This document shows, piece by piece, positions 27,492 through 37,481 of a DNA stretch of 64,000 nt. The DNA comes from Candidatus Niyogibacteria bacterium (lineage in GTDB: Bacteria; Patescibacteriota; Minisyncoccia; JACROR01): NCBI GenBank assembly GCA_016186495.1, contig JACPLO010000001.1, forward strand, positions 11,907 through 75,906. Direction: 5' to 3'. The position numbers and the translations under genes are program-made. Within the stretch, counting starts at the first letter, position 1. Each line of letters starts with the position of its first letter. The notes under the pieces are model-generated. The model ran no database searches and had not been told where the DNA came from. It was given only the letters and a program-made list of their open reading frames with translations.

Positions 27492-28424
27492 ATGAAAATT
27501 TTAATTACCGGCGGAGCTGGATTTCAAGGAAGCCATCTGACTGAATTTTTATTAAGAATCGGACATCAAATTTCCGTTCTTAACACTTATTCTGAAAAAT
27601 CAGTTTTTAATCTCGCGGCCGTATTGGATAAAATAAATTTGATTTGGGGGAGCATCACCGATAAAGAGCTGGTGGATAAAAGCGTGCGCGGGCATGAAGC
27701 GGTGATCCATATGGCGGCGCGCATCAATGTTGACGAGTCGCTTAAAGATCCTTTAGCGTTTTTTTATTCCAATATTCTTGGCGCTTACAATATTTTAGAA
27801 GCGGTTAAGAATTATGGCTCAAGGCTTATTTTTGTTTCTACCTGCGAAGTATACGGCGATGGCCATGATCTTAAAGACGGAGAACTGCTGGATGAATCAG
27901 CGGAATTAAAGCCTAACAGCCCTTATGCTGCGTCCAAAGCGTCCGCGGACAGGATTTGCTACGCTTATTTCAGGTCTTTTGGTCTGGACGTGACGATTGT
28001 CCGGCCGTTTAATATTTACGGCGAACGCCAGAAGAGCGGATTATTCGGAGCATTAATTCCCATTTTAACCGCGAAGGCCCTGAAAGGAGAAAATTTGACG
28101 GTCTTCGGAGACGGAAGCGCGACTCGCGATTACACTCACGTCAGCGATATTGTGCGGGCATATAATCTGATTTTGGAAAATTCTTCTTTAAAAGGCAAGA
28201 CGATTAATTTTGCCAGCGGCCGGAATGCCAAAATAAAAGAAATAGCGGAGTATATCGCGAAAAAATTCGGAGTCCGGGTTGTCCACGGCCCCTCAAGGCC
28301 CGGTGAAGTAATGAGATTTCCCGCGGATATCTCTTTTGCCAGAAGTTTGGGATATGTTCCCAAAATTAATATCTGGGAAGGAATTGACAGATATTTGGAA
28401 TGGGCCAAATTAAATTTAAAATGA
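27492..28424 (+). CDS. NAD-dependent nucleotide-sugar epimerase/dehydratase
   Basis: ITGGAGFQGS, YAASK. Confidence 0.9.
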   Translation: MKILITGGAGFQGSHLTEFLLRIGHQISVLNTYSEKSVFNLAAVLDKINLIWGSITDKELVDKSVRGHEAVIHMAARINVDESLKDPLAFFYSNILGAYNILEAVKNYGSRLIFVSTCEVYGDGHDLKDGELLDESAELKPNSPYAASKASADRICYAYFRSFGLDVTIVRPFNIYGERQKSGLFGALIPILTAKALKGENLTVFGDGSATRDYTHVSDIVRAYNLILENSSLKGKTINFASGRNAKIKEIAEYIAKKFGVRVVHGPSRPGEVMRFPADISFARSLGYVPKINIWEGIDRYLEWAKLNLK

Positions 28425-28452
28425 ATCTTAACATAAAATAATTCATTATTTA

Positions 28453-28486
28453 GACACTCTGCGAAAATCGCAGGGTGTTTTATTTT
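28453..28486 (+). terminator. Intrinsic terminator
   Basis: GACACTCTGCGA-AA-ATCGCAGGGTGTT stem plus T-rich tail. Confidence 0.6.
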
Positions 28487-28520
28487 GGCCGCAAATGCTG
28501 TTAAAATAAGCGTATCATTT

Positions 28521-29849
28521 ATGATGGATAAAAATAAAATTATAATTATAACGGCAGTCGTGCTCGCGGCTTTTATTTTATCGCTGGCTTATTCTTTTTA
28601 TTTTAAAATTAATCCGGCGGTGGATGCCGCGGCTTACGATAAAATCGCCTGGAATCTGGTTCAGGGAAATGGTTATAAAGAGTCGGCGGATTTGCCGTTT
28701 GATAAGGATATCGCGATTTTGCGGGTCGGTCCGGGTTATGAATTTTTTCTGGCGCTGATTTATTATGTTTTCGGGCATTATCTTTGGGTTGTCTGGATTA
28801 TTCACGCTCTTTTAAGCGCGGCTGCGGCTTATCTGGTGTTTTTGCTTTCCAAAGAAATTTTCAAAGAAAGCCGGAATTTTTTCATCGGCGTGGCGGCGGC
28901 GTCTTTCATGGCATTTTCTCCCGATTTGATTACAATGAGCGGAATGATAATGACCGAGATTCTGGGCGTTTTTTTGATAATTTTAAGCGTTTATTTATTT
29001 TTTAAATATATAAACAGCGAAGCCAAGTCGGTTTATCTTGTTATTTTGGCGGCGTTGGCGTTTGGCGCGGCGGTTTTGGTCCGAACGCCGATCGCCCTGC
29101 TTTTTTTGCCTTTTGCCGGCTATTTTATTTTTCATAAAAATTGGCGGCATTTTTTATTTTTTTCTTTCGCGCTGATTTTAATTTTTCTGCCCTGGACTTT
29201 AAGAAATTATCAAACTTATCATTCATTCATTCCGACTAACTTGGCTTTTGGCTATGATCTTCTGGCCGGAAATCATTCAGGCGCGACCGGCGAACTGGAA
29301 CCGTATTATTTAAACGAACAATTTATGGAGCAGGGAAGAATTGAAGGGAATAAACTTGCCCTTAAAGAAGCCCTGTTTTTTATTTTTGCCAACCCGCTGG
29401 AATTTTTAAAAATTACTTTTTACCGGATTTCCATTTATTTCAGCTTCGCGCGGCCGACCGGATTTTGGTTTCATTTGGAAGGCGCGAGCCGGGCATTGAC
29501 TTTGGCTCTTTCCGCTTTATATTCTGTTTTACTTTTTGTTTTTGGATTTTTTGGGATTTATGGGATAAAAGAATTGCCGCCAACAGACAAAAAAAGAGCA
29601 AAATTTTTTATTTGGACGCTTTTAGCGATGCCTTTGGCCGTCGTTTGGATTATCGTGGAAACGCGCTATCGTTTTCTCGTTTATCCTTTTTTCGCGGTTT
29701 TCGCGGGCTATGGATTGTGGACATTGTTTAATAAAAAAATTGCCCTTAAAATATTGCTTGGCATCTTCGGAATTTTATTTTTGAACACCGCTTTTGACGC
29801 TTGGCGAAATTCGGAAAGAATAATAGAAAGAATCGCGGAGTTATTATGA
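28521..29849 (+). CDS. ArnT/PMT-like GT-C membrane glycosyltransferase
   Basis: DAAAYD loop, PGY..FLA, PWTLRNY, RYR motif. Confidence 0.8.
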   Translation: MMDKNKIIIITAVVLAAFILSLAYSFYFKINPAVDAAAYDKIAWNLVQGNGYKESADLPFDKDIAILRVGPGYEFFLALIYYVFGHYLWVVWIIHALLSAAAAYLVFLLSKEIFKESRNFFIGVAAASFMAFSPDLITMSGMIMTEILGVFLIILSVYLFFKYINSEAKSVYLVILAALAFGAAVLVRTPIALLFLPFAGYFIFHKNWRHFLFFSFALILIFLPWTLRNYQTYHSFIPTNLAFGYDLLAGNHSGATGELEPYYLNEQFMEQGRIEGNKLALKEALFFIFANPLEFLKITFYRISIYFSFARPTGFWFHLEGASRALTLALSALYSVLLFVFGFFGIYGIKELPPTDKKRAKFFIWTLLAMPLAVVWIIVETRYRFLVYPFFAVFAGYGLWTLFNKKIALKILLGIFGILFLNTAFDAWRNSERIIERIAELL

Positions 29850-30538
29850 AACTTTCAATCATTATTCCCGTTTATAACGAAAAAAACACCGTTCAAGAAC
29901 TTATTAAAAAAGTTCAGAATGTTTTTTTGCCGGATATGGAAAAAGAAATCATTATCGTTGACGATGGTTCAACTGACGGGACGCGCGATATTTTAAAAAA
30001 AGTAAGCGGCATTAAATATATTTTTCACGACAAAAATCTCGGCAAAGGCGGAGCGATAAAGACCGGTTTTCAGCGGGCGACCGGCGATATTATCCTTATT
30101 CAGGACGCGGATTTGGAATATGATCCGAATGAATACGGCCGGCTGATCGCGCCTATTTTTTCCGGTCGCGCCGATGTGGTTTATGGCTCTCGTTTTGTCG
30201 GCAATGATCCTCACCGCGTTCTTTATGTTTGGCATTATCTGGCCAATCGTTTTTTGACGATTTTATCAAATATTCTGACCGGTTTTAACTTATCCGATAT
30301 GGAAACTTGTTATAAAGTATTTAGAAAAGAAGTGGTTGATTCTTTTAAAGAAAAACTAAAATCAAAAAAATTCGGCATTGAGCCGGAATTGACGGCCAGA
30401 ATCGCCAAAGGCCGGTGGCGGATTTACGAAGTCGGCATTTCTTATTACGGCCGAACTTACGAGGAAGGCAAAAAAATAAATTGGAAAGACGGCTTAGCCG
30501 CGATTTGGCACATTATTCGTTTTAATTTATTTAATTAA
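29846..30538 (+). CDS. GT2 DPM-synthase-like glycosyltransferase
   Basis: SIIIPVYNE, DDGSTDGT, QDADLEYDP, DMETCYK. Confidence 0.9.
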   Translation: MKLSIIIPVYNEKNTVQELIKKVQNVFLPDMEKEIIIVDDGSTDGTRDILKKVSGIKYIFHDKNLGKGGAIKTGFQRATGDIILIQDADLEYDPNEYGRLIAPIFSGRADVVYGSRFVGNDPHRVLYVWHYLANRFLTILSNILTGFNLSDMETCYKVFRKEVVDSFKEKLKSKKFGIEPELTARIAKGRWRIYEVGISYYGRTYEEGKKINWKDGLAAIWHIIRFNLFN

Positions 30539-30557
30539 ATTTGCGGTAGAAATTCAT

Positions 30558-32393
30558 ATGTGCGCGATTAACGGATTTAATTTTAAAGACGAAAAATTGA
30601 TTGTTCAAATGAATGCCGTTACTCGCCGCCGCGGACCGGATGGGACGGGCGTTTTTACGGATGAGGGTATTTCTTTAGGCCACAATCGTTTAAGCATCAT
30701 TGATTTGACTGATGCCGCTTCCCAGCCAATGCAAAATAATGACGGCAATTTAGTCATTGTTTTTAACGGGGAGATTTATAATTTTTTGGAATTAAAGCGC
30801 GAGCTTGCCGGCAGTTATCAATTTAAGACATTAAGCGATACCGAGATTATTTTGGCGGCTTATCAGAAATGGGGCGCGGAATGCGTTAAAAAATTCAACG
30901 GCATATTTGCTTTTGTTATTTGGGATAAGTTAAAGCGGGAATTATTTTTGGCGCGCGATCCGATCGGCGTCAAGCCTCTTTATTATTTTTGGGATAGCCG
31001 AAAATTTATATTTTCTTCCGAAATAAAAGCGATTTTGGAACATAATGTTTCCCGTGTTCTGGATAAAGAAGCGTTTAACCATTATCTGCGGCTGTTGTAT
31101 GTGCCGGAACCCTTGACAATGTTTGAAGGTGTGAGAAAATTTCCGCCAGCCAGCTATGCGTTGTTAAAAAACAATAAATTCACAACTTATAATTATTGGG
31201 ATTTAAAAACAAAAGAGAAATTTTTTGGAACAAATAAAAAATTAGCGGTTGAACTTCGGGAAAAAGTGGAACAGGCGGTAAAAAGCCAGTTGATTTCCGA
31301 CCGGCCTTTGGGAATTTATCTTTCCGGCGGTATAGATTCAAGCGTGGTTTTAGATTGCGTGGCAAAAGTGCGCGATAATATAGATACTTTTTCCGTTGGT
31401 TTTAACCTTAAAGAAAAAGAACAGAAAGAAAAATTTAACGCGGATTTTAATCTGGCGCGGCGGACGGCCGAGTATTATGGCACGAATCACCATGAAGTTT
31501 TGTTATCTCCGCAAGATGTTTTGGATTTGCTGGATAGAGTTGTCTGGCAAATGGACGAGCCGATTTCCAATCCCACGGCGATCGCGATGATGAAGCTGGC
31601 CGAGTTCACTAAAAATAAAGCCGATGTGGTTTTAGGCGGGGACGGCGGCGACGAGCTTTTTGGCGGTTATGACCGATATCGGTTGAGTTTGGCGGCGAAT
31701 TATTATCAAAAATTGCCAAAATTGTTTCGTGGAGCGATTGCTAAATTCAGCCAAAAAGCGGGGAAACTGAATGTGCCCGCTGGCATAGAACGTTACGCGC
31801 TTTTTATGTTTCAGAAAGACGAGATTTTACGAAAGAGTATAAGTGAAGAATTTTTAGATTTTAATCTTACCAAGAATTTTTTTAACAAAAAATTCAAATT
31901 TAACGATCGTTCCGCCGCGTTTGAGGAGATTTTAATGGAGGTAGACAGAAAAAGCTGGTTGGCTGATTTTTCGCTCATCCTGACCGATAAAATGTCAATG
32001 GCTTTCGGTCTTGAAGCCAGAGTGCCTTTTTTGGATAAAAATCTGGTGGAATTTGCCGCGAAAATACCTCTTAAATATAAAATAAGTTTGTTCAATAACA
32101 AGATTATTCTGAAAGAGGCCTTTTACGGGAGAATTCCGAATTTTCTTTTTAATCAGCCGAAAAGAGGCTGGTTTTCGCCGGCGGCCAAATGGCTGAGATA
32201 TCCGGAAATGCAAAAAATGATCAAAGAGGTTTTATCGGAAAATTATTGCGAAAGCACGCGCCGGATTTTTAGATGGCGGAAATTGCAGGATATTTTTGAA
32301 GGGCACTGTTTTCGCGGCGAATATAATTTAAATATAATTTGGGCAATTTTAACTTTTCAAATCTGGGCCAAGCAATATAAGATTCAAATATGA
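30558..32393 (+). CDS. asnB: Asparagine synthase family glutamine amidotransferase (probably glycan amidation)
   Basis: MC start, RGPD, FNGEIYN, LSGGIDSS, GDGGDELFGGY, EARVPFLD. Confidence 0.92.
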   Translation: MCAINGFNFKDEKLIVQMNAVTRRRGPDGTGVFTDEGISLGHNRLSIIDLTDAASQPMQNNDGNLVIVFNGEIYNFLELKRELAGSYQFKTLSDTEIILAAYQKWGAECVKKFNGIFAFVIWDKLKRELFLARDPIGVKPLYYFWDSRKFIFSSEIKAILEHNVSRVLDKEAFNHYLRLLYVPEPLTMFEGVRKFPPASYALLKNNKFTTYNYWDLKTKEKFFGTNKKLAVELREKVEQAVKSQLISDRPLGIYLSGGIDSSVVLDCVAKVRDNIDTFSVGFNLKEKEQKEKFNADFNLARRTAEYYGTNHHEVLLSPQDVLDLLDRVVWQMDEPISNPTAIAMMKLAEFTKNKADVVLGGDGGDELFGGYDRYRLSLAANYYQKLPKLFRGAIAKFSQKAGKLNVPAGIERYALFMFQKDEILRKSISEEFLDFNLTKNFFNKKFKFNDRSAAFEEILMEVDRKSWLADFSLILTDKMSMAFGLEARVPFLDKNLVEFAAKIPLKYKISLFNNKIILKEAFYGRIPNFLFNQPKRGWFSPAAKWLRYPEMQKMIKEVLSENYCESTRRIFRWRKLQDIFEGHCFRGEYNLNIIWAILTFQIWAKQYKIQI

Positions 32394-33034
32394 AAGACGC
32401 GGTAATTTTTATAAAAGAATTATGGCGAGGCAAGGATTTGTGCAGAATTTTAATGAATTTAGAATGCAGGAAGTTCGCGCTTGAAGGACATGTTTTGGAT
32501 ATTGGAAGCGGATTAAATCGGGCCAGTTATCATCGTTTTTTCAAAATTTCGCCGGATGCCGAAATTTTTTCTTTGGACCAGGCCGTATCAGAAATTGATT
32601 TTGAAAAAGATAAATTACCTTACAAAGATAATAGCATGGACGCGATTTTAATTTTTAATCTTTTAGAGCATATTTATAATTATTCTTTTTTACTCGCGGA
32701 AATAAAAAGAGTTTTAAAGCCCGGCGGGCAAATGATCGGCGCCGCGCCTTTTTTGGTCGGCTATCATCCGGACCCGCATGATTATTGGCGATACACGAAT
32801 GAAGCGCTTTTTAAAATTTTTAAAGGGCAGAATTTTAAAAATATCGAAATTAAACCGATTGGCCGAGGGCCTTTTACGGCCGTTTATTCGCAAGTGGAAT
32901 TTATGCTGCCGCGGGTTTTAAAAATAATTAAATTGCCGGTTGTTTTGTTTTTAGATCGGCTGATTTTTAAAATTAAGCCGAATTTTAACCGTGAAAAATT
33001 TGCTCTTGGATTGTTTTTTTCTGGAATCAAATAA
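32390..33034 (+). CDS. Class I SAM-dependent methyltransferase
   Basis: VLDIGSG, LLEHI, RVLKPGG. Confidence 0.85.
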   Translation: MKDAVIFIKELWRGKDLCRILMNLECRKFALEGHVLDIGSGLNRASYHRFFKISPDAEIFSLDQAVSEIDFEKDKLPYKDNSMDAILIFNLLEHIYNYSFLLAEIKRVLKPGGQMIGAAPFLVGYHPDPHDYWRYTNEALFKIFKGQNFKNIEIKPIGRGPFTAVYSQVEFMLPRVLKIIKLPVVLFLDRLIFKIKPNFNREKFALGLFFSGIK

Positions 33035-33114
33035 ATCAAATAATCATTGTTTGGTTTGTCATGATGGATAAAATTTGATAATCAGATAATAATGCCAAGA
33101 TAGGTAATAAGCGT

Positions 33115-34110
33115 ATGATTGATGAAAAAGCAAGAAAAAATCCGGAATTATCGGTGATTATTCCCGTTTATAATTCCAGAAAAACGATTAATCAATGCCT
33201 GAACGCGGTTTTTTCGTCTGATTTTAAAGAATTTGAAGTGATTATGGTTGATGATTGTTCAACCGATGATACCTTAGAAATGGCAAAAAAATATCCTTGT
33301 AAAGTTATTAAGCTTAAAAGAAACTCCGGGCCTTCATCGGCGAGAAATCAAGGAGCAACGGCGGCCAGCGCGGAGATATTATTTTTTATTGATTCCGATG
33401 TCATTTTAAACAGTAACGCGCTTCGCGAAGTATTTAATTTTTACAAAGATGAGAAAATTCACGCGGCAATCGGGATGTACGCGAAAGAATCGGCGAATAA
33501 CGGCTTTTTCCATGAATATATGGCTCTTTGGAAATATTATACTTGGATGTATCCTCAAGCTCCGGAATATTTTAGTTTTTTTATCGCCTCCTGCGGTTCA
33601 ATGCGCCGGAAAGTTTTTTTTGAATTGAACGGTTTTAACACCGAGTATCGGGGAACCGATGTTGAGGATTATGAGCTTGGCTATCGCTTAAGGGAAAAAT
33701 ATAAAATTTATTTTAATCCAAAAATTCAGGGCAAACATTATCATCCGGATTTTATGACCTGCGCGAGAAATTATTATAAAAGAGCGTCATTATGGTTTAA
33801 TCTTTTTATGAAGCAAAATTCGTTTGATAACGGCGCCGCGTCAGCTTCGCGAGGCGTCTCGTCGCTGATCGGATTTTTAATTCCGGTTTTAATATTATTC
33901 GCAATCTTCTTTCCGTTGTTATGGATAGCGGTTGTTTCTTTAAGCGTGATTTTTGTGATAATGAATATGAAATTCTATCTGCTGGCTTTTGAAGAAAAAG
34001 GATTATGGTTTATGATGTTTTCAATCGCCGCCAATTTGATTTTGTCAATTTTTATCAGCGCGGGCGTTTTTAAATCAATTATTTCAATATCTTTTTTAAA
34101 ATGGATCTAA
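33115..34110 (+). CDS. GT2 glycosyltransferase with C-terminal TM helices
   Basis: SVIIPVYN, DDCSTD, ARNQG, FIDSD, EDYELG. Confidence 0.88.
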   Translation: MIDEKARKNPELSVIIPVYNSRKTINQCLNAVFSSDFKEFEVIMVDDCSTDDTLEMAKKYPCKVIKLKRNSGPSSARNQGATAASAEILFFIDSDVILNSNALREVFNFYKDEKIHAAIGMYAKESANNGFFHEYMALWKYYTWMYPQAPEYFSFFIASCGSMRRKVFFELNGFNTEYRGTDVEDYELGYRLREKYKIYFNPKIQGKHYHPDFMTCARNYYKRASLWFNLFMKQNSFDNGAASASRGVSSLIGFLIPVLILFAIFFPLLWIAVVSLSVIFVIMNMKFYLLAFEEKGLWFMMFSIAANLILSIFISAGVFKSIISISFLKWI

Positions 34111-35174
34111 AAAAATATTATCACATCGGAAAAGTGTTTTTTAATAAGATGCCGTCTTATCTTATATTTTTTGTGACAGCCAGATGCAATTCCCGCTGCC
34201 GAATGTGTTTTTATTGGAAAAATATTGAAAATCCCCAAAAAGAATTAAGTTTGGAAGAGATAAAAAAGATATCAAAAGGATTCGGGCATTTGCAGTATCT
34301 GACGGTATCAGGAGGAGAGCCTTTTTTGAGAACAGATTTATCGGAAATTATTCAAACATTTGTCAAACAAAATAATTTGCAGTTTGTCAGTATTCCGACC
34401 AACGGATTATTGCCGGATAGAATAGCCAGCGTTTCGGAAGATATGTTTAAGAAATGTCCGAATACGTTTTTTAGAATTGCGTTGTCGCTTGACGGTATTG
34501 GCCAGGATCACGACGAGATCAGAGGAATTCCCGGTAATTTTGAAAAATTAAAAGAGTCTTACGCGCGATTGAATGAATTAAGGAAAAAGTACGGTAATTT
34601 TAACATTGATTCAACAACGGTTTTTACCAATTTCAATCATCGCAAGATTAAAGGTATATTTGAATGGGTGGATAAAAATATAAATATTGACAATCATGTG
34701 CTTCTTTTGGCGCGCGGTAACGCGAGGGAATCTATTGCTAAGCAAGTGTCAATTGACGAATATGCTGAAATGGCGGATTATGTTGAACAAAAAACATTTG
34801 CCAAATCGCCAAGGAAAAAGCAATTTTATCTGAAAGCCTTGAAAGCGGTTAAATTGGTGATGAGGGATGTGATTGTCAGGACGGTTAAAGAAAAAAAGAT
34901 GATCCTGCCGTGCGTGGCGGGAAAGAAAATGGTGATAATCAGTGAGACGGGCAAAGTGTATCCCTGCGAACTTTTGCCCAAGGAAATGGGGGATTTGCGG
35001 AAGAATAATTATGATATAAAAAAGATACTTTTTTCGCAGGCGGGAAAAGATATCAAGCGGCAGATTAAAGAAACTAAATGCCATTGTACTTTTGAATGTG
35101 CGATCCAAAATAATATTTTTTATAATCCTTTGGCTTACCCTTCAATTATTAAAAAACTTTTTCGTTTAAAATGA
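34101..35174 (+). CDS. Radical SAM protein with SPASM/twitch domain
   Basis: CNSRCRMC, SGGEP, CVAG...GKVYPC...CHCTFEC. Confidence 0.9.
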   Translation: MDLKKYYHIGKVFFNKMPSYLIFFVTARCNSRCRMCFYWKNIENPQKELSLEEIKKISKGFGHLQYLTVSGGEPFLRTDLSEIIQTFVKQNNLQFVSIPTNGLLPDRIASVSEDMFKKCPNTFFRIALSLDGIGQDHDEIRGIPGNFEKLKESYARLNELRKKYGNFNIDSTTVFTNFNHRKIKGIFEWVDKNINIDNHVLLLARGNARESIAKQVSIDEYAEMADYVEQKTFAKSPRKKQFYLKALKAVKLVMRDVIVRTVKEKKMILPCVAGKKMVIISETGKVYPCELLPKEMGDLRKNNYDIKKILFSQAGKDIKRQIKETKCHCTFECAIQNNIFYNPLAYPSIIKKLFRLK

Positions 35175-36136
35175 ATATGGCCTTAAAACCCGAAGCTAAA
35201 ATATCAATCGTGATTCCGGTCTATAACGAAGAAAATTCGGTGGCTGAATTGCACCGGGAAATAGTGGAAGTTTTTCAAGGCCTGAAACACGATTATGAAA
35301 TTATTTTTATTGATGATGGTTCAACGGATAAGACGTTGGCTGAACTGAAAAAACTTGTTTTCGTCCGGATTATTTCTTTTGCCAGAAATTTTGGAAAATC
35401 CCAAGCTTTGCAAGCCGGTTTTGATGAAGCGCAGGGAGACTATATTATTACGCTTGACGGCGATTTGCAGGATGATCCCCATGAAATTCCTAAATTTTTG
35501 GAAAAATTAGAGGGCGGATTTGACCTTGTTTGCGGTTGGAAACAAAAAAGAGCGGATTCCTTATCGCGGAGGTTTGCTTCTAAAATTGCCAACAGTATAG
35601 CTCGAAAAATGACCGGCATAGATATTCATGATATGAATTGCTGCTTTAAAATTTATAAAAAAGAAACGGCTAAAAGCCTTTCTCTCTACGGCGATATGCA
35701 TCGCTATATTCCGTCTATTGTTTCGGGAATGGGGTTTTTGGTCGGCGAAACGGCAATCAATCATCGTCCGCGCCGCTACGGAGATTCAAAGTACGGATTT
35801 GGCCGGTTTGCCAGCAGTATTTTTGATTTTATTACTTTGATTTTTTTGCGGCGATTCACTGATCGGCCCATGCATTTTTTCGGCTTGATAGGAATTATTC
35901 TTTCTTCGGCCGGAGTGATTATTTTAGCGTTTTTAAGCTGGCGGAAAATTTTTTACGGGCTTTTGCTCGCCGGCCGGCCATCTTTGCTTTTAGGCATTTT
36001 AATGGTGATTGTCGGTTTGCAATTGTTTTTATTAGGTTTCATCAGCGAATTAATAATCCGGCAATCTTCATCGGAAAAAAGAAATTTTGTCGTTAAAGAA
36101 AAAATAATCAGGAATCAGCGTGAAAATATTTCTTGA
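35171..36136 (+). CDS. ArnC-like GT2 glycosyltransferase
   Basis: RNFGKS, DGDLQDDP, HRYIP, two C-terminal TM helices. Confidence 0.88.
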   Translation: MNMALKPEAKISIVIPVYNEENSVAELHREIVEVFQGLKHDYEIIFIDDGSTDKTLAELKKLVFVRIISFARNFGKSQALQAGFDEAQGDYIITLDGDLQDDPHEIPKFLEKLEGGFDLVCGWKQKRADSLSRRFASKIANSIARKMTGIDIHDMNCCFKIYKKETAKSLSLYGDMHRYIPSIVSGMGFLVGETAINHRPRRYGDSKYGFGRFASSIFDFITLIFLRRFTDRPMHFFGLIGIILSSAGVIILAFLSWRKIFYGLLLAGRPSLLLGILMVIVGLQLFLLGFISELIIRQSSSEKRNFVVKEKIIRNQRENIS

Positions 36137-37481
36137 CGTTATAAAAAAACGAAAAAGCGTCCGCAGTTTTCTCGCGAAAACCGTAGATCTTGCTTTAATT
36201 AAAGAAATAATCGCTCTCGCCACTTACGCTCCCACCAGCTGCAATCAGCAATTGTGGAATTTTATCGTTATTGACGATGCTCTAACGAAAGAAAAACTGA
36301 TTAAAGAAGCCGCCGCCAACACTTTAATAAGAAGAGCGCCGGTTGTTATTGCGGTTACTTATGACGGCTGGAATTATAAAGAAGCGCTTCAGGGGGCAAG
36401 TTTAGCCGTGGGACATATTTTATTGGCGGCGGAATATTACGGCCTCGGCGCTTTGCCGATTAATAGTTACGGGGCGGATTGCAAAGTCAAAAAAATTTTA
36501 AACATTCCCGTTAAAGAAAAAATTTGCTGTTTTATCGCTCTGGGGCATCCTGATGAGCGGGCGCAGCAATCTCCTCTGGTTTCCCGAAGGCCGGTTGAAG
36601 AAGTATTTCATCAAGGAAAATTTCGGGATAATAATGCTCCTCCTTTTACTTATGATCCTAATGATTGGAGTTTGGAAAATTTGCGCAATCATCAGAAATA
36701 TTATTGCCGGAAAACTTTTTTAGGAAAAGAAATGGATATAATGAACCAACGGGAAAGGGAATTGATAAAAAATACTCTCGGCGATATAAAAAATAATTTG
36801 CTTGATTTATTTTCTTACGATGGAAGTTTTTTAAAAGAATTTCCTCTTCTGCCGATTATCGCCATGGATTTGACTCAAGAAACATCCGCTTATACCAGAG
36901 CGGCCGTCCGGTTGTTTGCCAAAAATAAATTATTAAAAGCGGCTCATATTATTTATGATGATAAAAAAAAAGCATTTACGGAAAATCAACAGGCCGCCAT
37001 CAGCCTTATTTATAAATTAGAGAGAATATCCGACGCCTTAAAGGAAAATTTATTCATTCAAGCGTACAATACTTTGCGAAAAGAAGGAGAATTTATTATT
37101 ATCGCGAGGAAATCAAACATATTTTTGTCTTTTTTCTTTTTTGCCGTAAGATTAATCTTCGGCCAGGATGTCAGAAAAACGGGAATTTACAGCTTTTTCG
37201 GGCCGTATCAGCCCGTCAGTTTGCGTAAAACAAAACAACAATTAAAGAAAGCGGGCTTCCGGGATATTTCATGGTCCGGATATTTTTTCATTCCTGTATT
37301 TTATGAACAAATCTATCAGATGATCAAGCAATATATCCGCAGCGGAGGCACAAGTTATTTGCATCGGGAGCCGAAGGAAGACGCGATAAGCAAATTTCTT
37401 TCTTTTATTATGAAAATTCAAGGTCTGCGTAAATTTGGTTTATTGGGATCGGTCGCGGTAATAATATGCCGCAAGCAATAA
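36120..37481 (+). CDS. Nitroreductase domain fused to a degenerate methyltransferase-like domain
   Basis: IKKRKSVRSF...APTSCNQQLW; C-terminal LLDLFSYDG and LRKEGEFII resemble class I MT motifs. Confidence 0.7.
   Translation: MKIFLDVIKKRKSVRSFLAKTVDLALIKEIIALATYAPTSCNQQLWNFIVIDDALTKEKLIKEAAANTLIRRAPVVIAVTYDGWNYKEALQGASLAVGHILLAAEYYGLGALPINSYGADCKVKKILNIPVKEKICCFIALGHPDERAQQSPLVSRRPVEEVFHQGKFRDNNAPPFTYDPNDWSLENLRNHQKYYCRKTFLGKEMDIMNQRERELIKNTLGDIKNNLLDLFSYDGSFLKEFPLLPIIAMDLTQETSAYTRAAVRLFAKNKLLKAAHIIYDDKKKAFTENQQAAISLIYKLERISDALKENLFIQAYNTLRKEGEFIIIARKSNIFLSFFFFAVRLIFGQDVRKTGIYSFFGPYQPVSLRKTKQQLKKAGFRDISWSGYFFIPVFYEQIYQMIKQYIRSGGTSYLHREPKEDAISKFLSFIMKIQGLRKFGLLGSVAVIICRKQ

Noticed and set aside
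36503-36520. TTCCCGTTAAAG, and similarly CCCGTTAAG near 43128 and TTAACGGGG near 30773
   Set aside because: Unpaired half-sites explained by normal coding (IPVK, KPVK, FNGEIYN).
30558-37481. RiPP cluster (AsnB-like cyclase, radical SAM/SPASM, nitroreductase)
   Set aside because: AsnB has an intact glutaminase N-terminus, no precursor peptide or RRE is seen, and the context is entirely glycan synthesis.
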